Positions 10,139 through 21,585 of a stretch of 64,000 bases of DNA are shown in pieces. The stretch spans positions 2,720,001 to 2,784,000 of the forward strand of contig CBDCWG010000012.1 in the NCBI GenBank assembly GCA_965223345.1. Reading direction: 5' to 3'. Under the pieces are notes generated by a model that did no database searches, was not told the origin of the DNA, and worked only from the letters and a program-made list of their open reading frames with translations. How positions within the stretch are numbered: the stretch's first letter is position 1; each line of letters opens with the position of its first letter. The DNA is from Nitrospinales bacterium. GTDB taxonomy: Bacteria > Nitrospinota > Nitrospinia > Nitrospinales > VA-1. The position numbers and the translations under genes were made by a program.

Positions 10139-11404
10139 ATGAAAATTCGAAGCATACGCGGCGTCAAAGACATCCTTCCCGATGAGGTGGGGAAATGGCA
10201 GTGGGTGGAACGGATCGCCCGTGAGGTGTTTTACCGGTACGGCTACAAGGAAATCCGTGTGCCGGTGTTCGAGAGCACCGGGTTGTTCGCCCGCAGCATC
10301 GGCGAGACCACCGACATCGTGGAAAAGGAAATGTACACGTTCACCGACCGCGGCGGCGAGCAGATCACGCTGCGTCCGGAAGGCACGGCGTCCGTGGTGC
10401 GCGCCTACATCGAACACAAGCTGTACAACCCGCCCTCGGTGCTGAAGCTGTACTATTTCGGCCCCATGTTCCGCTACGAACGGCCGCAGGCCGGCCGCTT
10501 CCGGCAGTTTTACCAGATCGGCGTCGAAGCGATGGGCTCCGACAACCCGATGGTCGATGTCGAAGTGATGACGCTGTTGATCGAGCTGTTCCGCCGGCTG
10601 GGACTGGAAGGGCTCGAATTGCAGATCAACAGCCTCGGTTGTCCCGAATGCCGGCCGCAGTACCGCGAGGTGCTGAAGGCGGCGATCCGCGAACACCTTT
10701 CCGATTTGTGCTCCAACTGCAACCAGCGCTATGAGCGCAACCCTCTGCGCGTGCTCGACTGCAAGGTGGAGCGCGACCGGGAAATCGCAAAGGGGCTGCC
10801 GAAAACCCAGGATCATCTGTGCGACGCCTGCCGGGAAAATTTCGCGGCGGTGCAGGCGCTGCTGATCGAGTCGGGCACTCCGTTTTCCATCAACCCGCTG
10901 CTGGTGCGGGGGCTGGATTATTATTCGCGCACCACGTTCGAAGTGATTTCCTCCGGGCTCGGGGCGCAAAACGCGCTGTGCGGCGGCGGCCGTTACGATT
11001 CCCTGGTCGAGGAGTTCGACGGGCCGCCCACGCCCTGTTTCGGCTTCGCTCTGGGAATGGAACGGCTGTTGTCGGTGATCCCGTTTGACAAGCTCGACGG
11101 CGTTCTCAATCCGCCGCCGGATGTGTTCGTGGTGGGGCTGGGCGAAGAAGCGAACCGCAGGGCGTTTCAAATCGTCCACGCGCTGCGCGCCGACGGCGTG
11201 GCGGCGGAGATGGACCACGACGGCGGCAGCATGAAAAGCCAGATGCGCAAAGCCAACCGGGTGCAAAGCCGCTACGCGCTGATTCTGGGAGAAAACGAAA
11301 TCCGCTCGGGAAAGTACCAGCTCAAAAACATGGCGGAAGGCGAGCAGAGCGAAATCGACGCGGCGAAACTATCGGAGGAATTGAGAAAAATCCTCGGCTC
11401 CTGA
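10139..11404 (+). CDS. hisS: Histidine--tRNA ligase
   Basis: LRPEGTA, FRYERPQAGRFRQF, LVRGLDYY, GGGRYD; start ATG 10139 (MKIRSIRG). Confidence 0.97.
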   Translation: MKIRSIRGVKDILPDEVGKWQWVERIAREVFYRYGYKEIRVPVFESTGLFARSIGETTDIVEKEMYTFTDRGGEQITLRPEGTASVVRAYIEHKLYNPPSVLKLYYFGPMFRYERPQAGRFRQFYQIGVEAMGSDNPMVDVEVMTLLIELFRRLGLEGLELQINSLGCPECRPQYREVLKAAIREHLSDLCSNCNQRYERNPLRVLDCKVERDREIAKGLPKTQDHLCDACRENFAAVQALLIESGTPFSINPLLVRGLDYYSRTTFEVISSGLGAQNALCGGGRYDSLVEEFDGPPTPCFGFALGMERLLSVIPFDKLDGVLNPPPDVFVVGLGEEANRRAFQIVHALRADGVAAEMDHDGGSMKSQMRKANRVQSRYALILGENEIRSGKYQLKNMAEGEQSEIDAAKLSEELRKILGS

Positions 11405-11439
11405 AACCGTTTCCGCATCCGGGCCGGGCCGTCTTGGCA

Positions 11440-11468
11440 TTGACCCCGCAGCGCTTGCGTGTTAAATT
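11440..11468 (+). promoter_or_regulatory. Putative sigma70 promoter of fur
   Basis: TTGACC-17nt-TAAATT with a TGn extended -10. Confidence 0.55.
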
Positions 11469-11504
11469 ATCAAACACGCTATAACTGCTTGTAAGGTTGG
11501 AGCT

Positions 11505-11933
11505 ATGTCGAGTAAAGAGCTTGAAGTTCTCGAAGATTACATCGCCCAGAACAATCTGAAGATCACGCGGCAACGCCGCGCGGTGCTCAAGGCTTTTCTC
11601 GATTGCGAGGAACACGTGAGTGCGGAAGACCTGTACAACCTGGTCGCCGCCAACGAGCCGAAGGTGGGGCTCGCCACGGTGTACCGCACGCTATCCCTTT
11701 TGACCCAGAGCGGCCTGGCTTCGGAGCTGGATTTCGGCGACGGGCACAAGCGCTACGAGCACAAGTACATGCACGGCCACCACGATCACATGATCTGTAC
11801 CGAGTGCGGCAAGATCATCGAGTTCAACCATCCCCTCATCGAAAAATTCCAGGAAGAAGTGGCGGCGCGTAACGGCTTCACCATCACCTCGCACAAGCTG
11901 GATATGTTCGGCATCTGCAAGGAGTGCCGCTAG
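11505..11933 (+). CDS. fur: Fur family transcriptional regulator
   Basis: TRQR, GLATVYRTL, HHDHMICTECG, CKEC. Confidence 0.9.
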   Translation: MSSKELEVLEDYIAQNNLKITRQRRAVLKAFLDCEEHVSAEDLYNLVAANEPKVGLATVYRTLSLLTQSGLASELDFGDGHKRYEHKYMHGHHDHMICTECGKIIEFNHPLIEKFQEEVAARNGFTITSHKLDMFGICKECR

Positions 11934-11969
11934 GCCCCCCTCACCGCTTCGCTTTTCTCTCTCAAACGA

Positions 11970-12920
11970 TCAGGTTCCCGCCGGTTCTTCGGACGCCTTG
12001 GGTGTGTCCTGTGCGGATTGGCTTTGCTTCGGGGCGGCTTTCAGGTCCGCGTACGACAGGGCGCAGCGGAAGCCGATGTAGTTGAAGATCTCGTTGATCA
12101 CCTGTCCGTAGGTGGTGACTTTGGGGAACACCCGGTTTTTGGGATGCAACCAGATGCGGTTGGTGATCCGCAACGCTCCGGCGGAGGAATCGAAGGCGCC
12201 GCCGCGGATCACCTTGTGCTCTCCGGTTTCCGGGCCTTTCGGGTTGTCCCTAGGTTCTTTGCGGTAAAACGGTTCGTACCAGTCCTCGATCCATTCCCAG
12301 ACGTTGCCCATCATGTCGTGCAGCCCGTACTGGTTCGGCTTTTTCCCGCCGACCGGGTGGGTCTGCTTGTCGGAATTGTCCTCGTACCAGGCGTACGCCT
12401 CGTCCATCAGGTTGCCCCAGTAATAACGTGACTGCGCGCCGCCGCGCGCCGCGTATTCCCATTCCGCTTCGGTGGGCAGACGGCAGGCGCCGCCGGATTT
12501 CTGCACGTACTCCTGCACGTCGTAAAAATTGACCTGCTCCACCGGCCGGTTCGGGTCGAGAAACTTGGACGGGTTGTAGCCCATCACCTTCTCCCATTCC
12601 TCCTGCGTCACCTCGTAACGGCCGAGATAAAAATCATCGACGCACACCTCGTGCTCGGGCCGCTCGTCTTCCTGGGCGTAGTCGTTGCCCATCTGGAAAC
12701 AACCGCCTTTGATGAACGCCATCCTGTCCGGTGCCTGCCCGGCTTTCTGCAGATCTTCGCCGGTGTACTGGATGGGCACCACTTTGGGGCCTGCGGGTTT
12801 TTTGGGGGCCGCGCTTTCAGCCGGGGGCGCGTCGTCCTTTCCGGCGGGGGCCGGGCTCTCGGAACAACCGTGCGCGAACAGAATCAGGATACTGAAAATA
12901 AAGAATTTAAGAGGCTTCAT
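11970..12920 (-). CDS. FGE-sulfatase (SUMF1-like) domain lipoprotein
   Basis: Lipobox-like AHGC; FQMG, RLPTEAEWEYAARGG, PNQYGLHDMMGNVWEW, IGFRC. Confidence 0.9.
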   Translation of the reverse strand: MKPLKFFIFSILILFAHGCSESPAPAGKDDAPPAESAAPKKPAGPKVVPIQYTGEDLQKAGQAPDRMAFIKGGCFQMGNDYAQEDERPEHEVCVDDFYLGRYEVTQEEWEKVMGYNPSKFLDPNRPVEQVNFYDVQEYVQKSGGACRLPTEAEWEYAARGGAQSRYYWGNLMDEAYAWYEDNSDKQTHPVGGKKPNQYGLHDMMGNVWEWIEDWYEPFYRKEPRDNPKGPETGEHKVIRGGAFDSSAGALRITNRIWLHPKNRVFPKVTTYGQVINEIFNYIGFRCALSYADLKAAPKQSQSAQDTPKASEEPAGT

Positions 12921-13048
12921 GGTCCGGGACTGTTGGGAAATGAAAATTCTATCACGCCGGTCCGGTTTTACAAAAAAAAAGCAACGGCCCTCAAAATTCA
13001 GCGCTTTCTGCCGATAGGGAAGCGTAGGTTATTTAAATACGGGATTTT

Positions 13049-15442
13049 ATGGGAATTTGGCAAGCATTACGGCGGATTCGGTTCCGCGGAACCGGGCCGG
13101 CAATCCTCGCCCTTCTGCTGGCGGGCTGCGCCGCGCTGGAGCCGGAGAAACCCGCGCCGGCAGCGGCAGCGGCCGTCTCCGGGGAGTCCGAAACCGCACC
13201 GCCGGCGACAGCCGAAGTGGAGCTGCTGCCGCACGAGAAGGACCTCAAGGTGGCGCGCATGCAGTTCAACCGCCGGGAGTTCGATTCGGCGGAATTTTTT
13301 CTGCGCAAGGTGCTGATCCAGGCTCCGGAGGAGCCCCTGGCGCTGAAACTGCTGCCGCGCAGCTATTTTTTCCGCGGCGACATCCCGCGGGCGCTGGCGG
13401 CCTTTCAACGGCTGCACGCGGTTTTTCCGAAGGACCCGGACCCGTTCATCGGCGGGGGCTGGTGCCACCTCATCCTGAAACGCTACACGGAATCCCTGAA
13501 GGCGTTTGCGAAAGCGGAGTCCCTGCTGGGAGGGCCGACGCCGGAGACGCTCAAGGGCCGGGCGCTGGTCTACTGGCGGCAGAAACGGCGGGAGAAAGCC
13601 CTCGCCGAGTTTCAGAAGCTCTTTCAGCCGGAACAGATGGATTCCGTGCTGAACTACCTCAACGCGCTGGATGAATCGGTCTATTTCGATCTGTCGCCCG
13701 CCGATCCGGGCGCCCCTTCCCTGTTCGCGTTTCCCCCGCAGCAGCCGCGTTTCCCGGGTGCGTTGTGGAGCCTGGGTGAGGCGACCGAGGCGGAGCTGGA
13801 CGCGGCCTGGGCGTCTTACGACCGGCAATCCTACGGCAAGGCGCGGCAGGCGTTCGCCGATGAGCGGTTCGCGGGTTCCCTCGATGCGCGCAACGGACTG
13901 GCCTGGAGCTATCTTAAAGACAAGCAGATCCGCGAAGCGGAGACGGAGTTCAAGGCAATCCTCGCCGAATACCCGAATTTCATCGGCGCGGTGCGCGGCA
14001 TCCGCAAGGTGGACGCCCTGAAGATGAAAAAGGCGGGCTTCGGGCAGTATTATCTCGATCTCAACAAGATCCAGATCGCCGAGCGCAATTTCCGCGACCT
14101 GGCGCACGAGTTTCCGCAATGGGCGCACCCGCTGGTGCGGCTGGGCGAGATCGAAACGCGCAAGGGGAATCCTCAGGTAGCGCTCAAGCATTTTCACAAG
14201 GCGCTGGATCTGGAACCGGACAACGCCGATGCGCTGCGCGGGCTGGAAGCGGTGCACAAGCAGGTGGAACCCGAACTGTACGCCGGCGACCTGGCGCTCA
14301 AAAACGGCGACTACAAACAGGCGGCGCGCATCTTCTACGACTACATCGAACGCCAGAACAAACAGGATGCGTTGACTTCATCGCTGGCGCACGCTTACCA
14401 GGGCCTGGGATGGAGCCAGTTCAAAAAGGGACAGTACGCTCTCGCCATCGAGAAATTCGAGCGTTCCGGCCGGCACGCGTATTTCCGGAAGGACGCGGCG
14501 AAAGGGCTGGGGTTTTCCTACTACATGCTGGGCAAATTCGACGCGTCGGCGGATTACCTGCTGACGGCGAAACCGCAACGCGCGGACGGGGAAGCCGGAG
14601 ACATCACCTACAGGCTGGACTGGAGCATCCTGAAAGGCAGGCATCCGAAAAGCGCCGAGCGCTACTTTGAAAAGGAGCTCACCCGCGATCCGCTGCGCTC
14701 GTCGCTCTACATGGGCATGGGCTGGGTGCAGTACAACAAGGGTAATGCCGATCTGGCGGTGGAGTATTTTCTCAAGTCGATCTCGCTCGACCCCGCCGCG
14801 GCGGAATCGCAGGAGTTCACGGAGTTTCTCGAACAGCAGCGCTTCGGCTGGCAGATTTTAAACCGGCTCGGTTGGGCGTATTTTCAACAGCAGGACTATC
14901 ACAACTCGCTGCGCCTGTTCGAGCTCTCCCTCAACGAGCAGCCGGAAAGATCCGAGGCACACCAGGGCGTCGGCTACAATATGTTCCGTTTGGGCAAATA
15001 CAAAACCGCGGCGGCGTACCTGAAACGCACGCTGAACCTCAATCCGGAACCGGTTGCGGTGACGGAGACCCTGCCCTACCCGACGCGCGGCATGGAATTC
15101 ACCACACGCACGTCCGTACGCGGCAAGCTGGCGCGCGCCTACCACGAGCTGGGCCTGTATGCGGAAGCGGTTGCGCTCTATCAGGAAGCGCTCAGCCGCG
15201 ACCCGCAGCGCGCCGACACCCATGAAGGGATGGGGTGGACCCTCCTCAAACTCAACCGCCTGGCCGAGTCCCGAGCGGCCTTCACCCGCGCCCTGCGCCT
15301 GGATCCTTTGAACCCGTTCGCGGACAAGGGATTGACGCAGGTAAAACAACTGGTTGCGACCAAAAACCTGCGCGAGAACAAGGCCCTTTCCGTGCGCCAG
15401 ATCGTCAAGAAAACACGCCAGGAAATGGTTGGTCCGAATTAG
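13049..15442 (+). CDS. Tetratricopeptide-repeat lipoprotein
   Basis: Lipobox LAGC; many TPR-like units (GLGW/GMGW...A...F..AL.LDP). Confidence 0.85.
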   Translation: MGIWQALRRIRFRGTGPAILALLLAGCAALEPEKPAPAAAAAVSGESETAPPATAEVELLPHEKDLKVARMQFNRREFDSAEFFLRKVLIQAPEEPLALKLLPRSYFFRGDIPRALAAFQRLHAVFPKDPDPFIGGGWCHLILKRYTESLKAFAKAESLLGGPTPETLKGRALVYWRQKRREKALAEFQKLFQPEQMDSVLNYLNALDESVYFDLSPADPGAPSLFAFPPQQPRFPGALWSLGEATEAELDAAWASYDRQSYGKARQAFADERFAGSLDARNGLAWSYLKDKQIREAETEFKAILAEYPNFIGAVRGIRKVDALKMKKAGFGQYYLDLNKIQIAERNFRDLAHEFPQWAHPLVRLGEIETRKGNPQVALKHFHKALDLEPDNADALRGLEAVHKQVEPELYAGDLALKNGDYKQAARIFYDYIERQNKQDALTSSLAHAYQGLGWSQFKKGQYALAIEKFERSGRHAYFRKDAAKGLGFSYYMLGKFDASADYLLTAKPQRADGEAGDITYRLDWSILKGRHPKSAERYFEKELTRDPLRSSLYMGMGWVQYNKGNADLAVEYFLKSISLDPAAAESQEFTEFLEQQRFGWQILNRLGWAYFQQQDYHNSLRLFELSLNEQPERSEAHQGVGYNMFRLGKYKTAAAYLKRTLNLNPEPVAVTETLPYPTRGMEFTTRTSVRGKLARAYHELGLYAEAVALYQEALSRDPQRADTHEGMGWTLLKLNRLAESRAAFTRALRLDPLNPFADKGLTQVKQLVATKNLRENKALSVRQIVKKTRQEMVGPN

Positions 15443-15482
15443 CGAAAAAACGTGTATTAGAAACAAAATCAAAACTTTTGAA

Positions 15483-15510
15483 TTGACAATCGCAAGGAAA
15501 TTGCTAAAAT
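15483..15510 (+). promoter_or_regulatory. Strong sigma70-type promoter with no downstream CDS
   Basis: TTGACA-16nt-TAAAAT with TGn (TGcTAAAAT). Confidence 0.65.
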
Positions 15511-15516
15511 GGATTT

Positions 15517-15660
15517 CTAATTTCCGAACGATTCTCAACGCAATTACAAGCGCTCGTGCATTGGGGGAGGGAGGGGTACCTTTCTCTTTTCACATAGTGT
15601 GGAAAGTCATGGAGTTGAGCCGCAAGGTCGACTCCATGATCCCATCATCTTCTTTCGTTC
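15517..15660 (+). ncRNA. Candidate small RNA, convergent with acs
   Basis: Follows the promoter above; G-rich tract; 14-bp hairpin at 15607-15639 with a GCAA loop; pyrimidine-rich tail. Confidence 0.45.
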
Positions 15661-15713
15661 CCGCCTGATTCTCTTTTTTCCCATTTGAAACTTCATACCG
15701 CCGGAGTGCGTTT

Positions 15714-17693
<1,980 letters not shown>

Positions 17694-17721
17694 CGAAAAG
17701 TCTCCAAAGCAAAAAGGCGGG

Positions 17722-18156
17722 TCAGTCCGTTTGGGCGATCGTCCTCACGGCGCGGGCGGCTTCGGCGAGGGTCCACAACCCGTCCGGCTGGGTGTGCTCG
17801 CCGGTGCGGATGTTGAACACCCAGGTGCGCTGGCGGCCGGAAACCTGCTGCGCGATCATGGAAAATCCGCCGCCGGGCGAAAAGCAGTCGCTGATGTGCA
17901 CGTCCTTGCCGAATTTGTCCTTGATGCTGAAGGACGGATCGTAAATCGTCGCCATCTCGGCGTGGGTCGGCAGACGCCAGTCTTCGTAGCCCGCGAATTT
18001 CTTCTCGTTGAGGCCGCGCACGTAATCCACGCTTTCCTGATAGTTCACCCACTTTTCCAGATCGTTCATGGAATCGGTGCGGGTCCACATCAGGCCCGAG
18101 TCGCTGTCCGTGACGGTGCCGTCGCCGTTGTCGGTAAAACGTGTTTCTGTTCCCAC
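17722..18156 (-). CDS. DUF1566 (Lcl C-terminal-like) domain protein
   Basis: [27 protein letters not shown], terminal ARAVR; GTG start. Confidence 0.85.
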   Translation of the reverse strand: MGTETRFTDNGDGTVTDSDSGLMWTRTDSMNDLEKWVNYQESVDYVRGLNEKKFAGYEDWRLPTHAEMATIYDPSFSIKDKFGKDVHISDCFSPGGGFSMIAQQVSGRQRTWVFNIRTGEHTQPDGLWTLAEAARAVRTIAQTD

Positions 18157-18391
18157 CGGTTTTGTAAAATGAGAGTGTGCAGCCGTGAAGGGCTGCTTAA
18201 GGTTTTTTGATTGAGCAAGTTATCACTTTTGCGGGCCGGTTTCAAAAGATGTTGCCGGGTTGCCGGCATTCCGTGATTTTGAGGCGGGAAGCCGGGCGGC
18301 GGAAAAACCCCGTTCAATCACCTGAAATTCAAGGCCCTGACTGCTGTGCTACAATCGATTCACTTCTTCCAACGCCCACGAGATTTTGCGC

Positions 18392-18784
18392 ATGAACACC
18401 CCGTCCCTGAAAATCCTGCTCACGCATCTGGAGTGGAACCTGCAGCGGCTGGAAGAGATCCTGAAAAACGAAAAGACCGATTACTACCGCGACGCGGCGC
18501 GGCAGCGCTTCGGCCACGCGTTCGACATGGCGGTCAAGTGCATCGAAGCGCGGGCGGCGGCGGAAGCGAAACCGTTGTCCTCGGCGCAGCAGGGATTTCA
18601 ATGGGCGGCGGAAAACCAGTGGCTGCCGGCGGACGGGCTGAAGGCGATGTGCGCCGATCACGCGGCGCTTGCCGACAAGCAGGGCTCGGCGTCACCCGAT
18701 GCGGTGTTCGCGCAACTGCAAAAATATCTTGCGACCTTCCAGCAACTGCACGCCAACCTGCAGGCTTTAGCGAATCAGGACTGA
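18392..18784 (+). CDS. HEPN-like nucleotidyltransferase substrate-binding (HI0074-like) protein, degenerate
   Basis: YRDAARQRF..AFDMAVK resembles the family motif RDxxIQRFExxxELxWK; all alpha-helical, 130 aa. Confidence 0.6.
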   Translation: MNTPSLKILLTHLEWNLQRLEEILKNEKTDYYRDAARQRFGHAFDMAVKCIEARAAAEAKPLSSAQQGFQWAAENQWLPADGLKAMCADHAALADKQGSASPDAVFAQLQKYLATFQQLHANLQALANQD

Positions 18785-19338
18785 TTTTCGAGCATCGCCT
18801 TCAAAGCCTCGAAGGCTCTTTTGCGATGCGAGATGGCGTTTTTTTCCGAGGCCGTCATCTCGGCATAGGTGCGGTCGTGGCTTTCGGGTAAAAACAGCAC
18901 GTCCCAGCCGAAACCGTTGCTGCCGCGCAGCTCTCTCGCCACCTGCCCCTGCACTTCCCCGCGCGCGACGTGCATGCGTTCGCCGTCGTGCAGCGCCACG
19001 AAGCATTGGGCGCGCGCGCCGCGGTTCTCGAAACCTGCGAGCATCTTCAGCATGCCGGCGCAGCCTGTGGTCTTTTCGAACCATTTCACCAGCGCCCCCG
19101 GCAGCCCGTCCCAGGCGTCGAACACCAGACCGGAGTCCTCGACCAGAACGGGGGTTTTGAGCGCCGCGTAGGCCTGTTTGCATTTGTCGCGCACGCTCTG
19201 CTCCACATCCACGGTCTGGATTTCGGGCAGGTCTCCCAGGTCCACCTGTTCGAGCTCGATGCCGAGGATTTCTTTGGCTTCCCGCACTTTATTGGGATTG
19301 CCGGTGACGAATTTGACCTGGCTCCAGTGTGACGGCAT
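18775..19338 (-). CDS. rdgB: Non-canonical purine NTP pyrophosphatase (Ham1/RdgB family)
   Basis: TGNPNK, VEDSGL, GFGWD, KNAISHR. Confidence 0.93.
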   Translation of the reverse strand: MPSHWSQVKFVTGNPNKVREAKEILGIELEQVDLGDLPEIQTVDVEQSVRDKCKQAYAALKTPVLVEDSGLVFDAWDGLPGALVKWFEKTTGCAGMLKMLAGFENRGARAQCFVALHDGERMHVARGEVQGQVARELRGSNGFGWDVLFLPESHDRTYAEMTASEKNAISHRKRAFEALKAMLENQS

Positions 19339-19474
19339 GATTTCCTTTCCTTGCGGCCCTGAATTTGATAGGGCTTTGGGGGCCCGCAGGCTTGTGGGAG
19401 TCGCCTTGCACTGCCCCGTCTCCTGTGCTATATAGTTGAACCCTTAATAATCAAATAATTACTTCTCCGAATTC

Positions 19475-20266
19475 ATGATTTCGCCTCGAATGCTGCGTTT
19501 TGTCTGTCTGTTGGCCGTGTTGCCGTTTCTTTCCGGTTGTTTTGATATTTTCGAGCACGATTCCGATGTGCAGGCGCGGCAGGCGCTGAAAGATCTCATC
19601 GCGCTGCAGGATCAGGTCTATAAAGAAAAAGGCCGTTACGCGCAAAACCTGCTTGAGCTGGAAAAGCTCGGTCTAAAATATCACACCGGCATCGTGTATA
19701 TGGAGATCGAAATGGCCCGCAAGGACAAGTACCGGGCGATTTCCCTGCCGGCGGAGTCCACGACGGCGCGCGTGTTCGCCTACGACACGGAACAGGGCGG
19801 CTACTACGAAATGGACGAGGAGGAGGTGTCGCGCTATGTGCTCGGCGCTCTCATTCACATTCGCGGCGAGCAGTTCCTGAAGCGCATGAACGACCTGGTG
19901 GCGGCGGCTCTGATCGGTCTGTCGCTGGTGCTGGTCCTCCGTCTGTTCTTCCGTTACAGGGAGCCGGACTACCGCAAGGTGTTCGTGGCGTTTTTCCTCA
20001 GCATGGTGCCGATTGTGTGGGCGGTGATGGCGCTCAACCACATGGATGAGGACACCGTGATCACGCAGACGATCATCGTGATGACGGGAATCGCGTTCGT
20101 GTGCGCCGTGGTGAGCCTGATCCTGGCGGTGAACTGGTTCCTGCACCGCAACACCGCCGACATCCCCCCTACTCTGCTGGCGCTGCTCGGCACCACCTGC
20201 GTGGTGGCGCTGTTTTCCGGCGCGGTGATGCTGCAGATCTACAATACGTACTATTTCAACACGTAA
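19475..20266 (+). CDS. Hypothetical membrane lipoprotein (pilin-like N-domain, four C-terminal TM helices)
   Basis: Lipobox LSGC; four hydrophobic C-terminal segments; promoter-like TTGCAC-17-TATATA upstream. Confidence 0.75.
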   Translation: MISPRMLRFVCLLAVLPFLSGCFDIFEHDSDVQARQALKDLIALQDQVYKEKGRYAQNLLELEKLGLKYHTGIVYMEIEMARKDKYRAISLPAESTTARVFAYDTEQGGYYEMDEEEVSRYVLGALIHIRGEQFLKRMNDLVAAALIGLSLVLVLRLFFRYREPDYRKVFVAFFLSMVPIVWAVMALNHMDEDTVITQTIIVMTGIAFVCAVVSLILAVNWFLHRNTADIPPTLLALLGTTCVVALFSGAVMLQIYNTYYFNT

Positions 20267-20299
20267 TCGGCACGGCGAGTCGCATCGACTGAGTACTCT

Positions 20300-20382
20300 T
20301 TCACCCTTCGGCCTTCGACGCACTCAGGCCAAGCTCTGTCGAGGGGCAACAAAGTCATGCTTCGACAGGCTCAGCATGACAG
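20300..20382. repeat. REP-like palindromic element (CTTCGACAGGCTCAG / GTCATGCTGAG type)
   Basis: GTCATGCT-TCGACAGGCTC-AGCATGAC hairpin at 20354-20380, plus a degenerate CTTCGACGCACTCAGG unit; lies between convergent genes. Confidence 0.7.
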
Positions 20383-20403
20383 TTTTGGGGTTGTTTTACG
20401 TGA

Positions 20404-21252
20404 TCAGACGAGATGGATGGTGACGACGTGGCTTGAGGGGGCAACGCCCGGGCTGCGGCCGCCGGACTTGAGCACGAAGCTTTCCTTGTCTTTGGTTTTG
20501 CGCGGCAGGATGAACTTGATCGGGCCGTCCACCGAGTTGAGCGTCATGATGCGGGTGTGCGCCACTTCCTCTTTCGGGACGTTCATGTCGTAAAAGAACA
20601 GCGTGTCCCCCGCATCGACCTGGTTGGAACCGGCCACGCGGATGTTGAGGATCAGGTCGCCGCGTTTTTTGCCGATCAGGCTGGACTCGCCCCGCTCGGG
20701 AATCTTCATGGACATGCGCGTCCAGTTGCCGGAGGGGATCTTCACTTCGAACCGCTCCCGCCCCTGCCGCATGCGCAGGCAGCCGCCTTTGGCCGCGAAC
20801 GCGGCATTCACGCGGATCTGTTTGTGCACGTCGAGGAGAAACAGTTTGCGCTCGCAGTTTATGAGCGCGACCCGCGCCCGGCGCGCGAAGCCCTGCAGGG
20901 CGTCTCCGAATTCCCGCAGTCTTGCAGGCAGATCGAACGGAACCTCCTGCGAGTTTTTTTCTTCTTCAACCGCTTCCGGAGTCACCACCACGGCGAGGGG
21001 CGTCGGCTCGCCGGTTTCGACTCTGGCTTCGGCGACGGCGCTGCTCTTGTAGCGGGCTTCCAGAACCTGGAACGCCAGGGTGATCTCCTTGAGCTTTTCC
21101 TCGTATTTGTGGTTGCCGGGGTGGATATCGGGATGGTAGCGCTTGGCCAGGGCGTGGTAGGCCTTTTTGACGGAATCCCATTGCTCGTCCTGGGAGACTC
21201 TCAGGATCCGGTAACAATCCGCTATTCTCAGTGTCGCTGAATGATTCATCAT
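20404..21252 (-). CDS. J-domain protein (CbpA/DnaJ-like, no zinc finger)
   Basis: N-terminal J domain with YHPD; DnaJ-C-like G...RGDLILNI. Confidence 0.85.
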   Translation of the reverse strand: MMNHSATLRIADCYRILRVSQDEQWDSVKKAYHALAKRYHPDIHPGNHKYEEKLKEITLAFQVLEARYKSSAVAEARVETGEPTPLAVVVTPEAVEEEKNSQEVPFDLPARLREFGDALQGFARRARVALINCERKLFLLDVHKQIRVNAAFAAKGGCLRMRQGRERFEVKIPSGNWTRMSMKIPERGESSLIGKKRGDLILNIRVAGSNQVDAGDTLFFYDMNVPKEEVAHTRIMTLNSVDGPIKFILPRKTKDKESFVLKSGGRSPGVAPSSHVVTIHLV

Positions 21253-21585
21253 CTATACGGTCGGAGATTTTGATGCTATATTCTCAACACCGGAGCCCGA
21301 ACCCGCCCGGGACCACCAGAGATCTTTCCCGGGATTCGGGCCCTCTCCGATGGGAAACCGCGCTGCCGTTTCCGGGCCCGCATGCGTATTGCACATTGAT
21401 AGAACGGGTTTTGTAAATATCTCCATGCCAATAATACTCTCATTGCAAGTCGATTCAAATGAAATTTTTTCGCGCCGGCCGTTGCGGTTTTTACCACGAG
21501 GCCGCACTTTTTTTGACAACGCAGCATCAGTGCGGGACGGTAACAGGATGAGCCTGCCAACAGCGGGCGGGAAAGCCGGGTTGCG

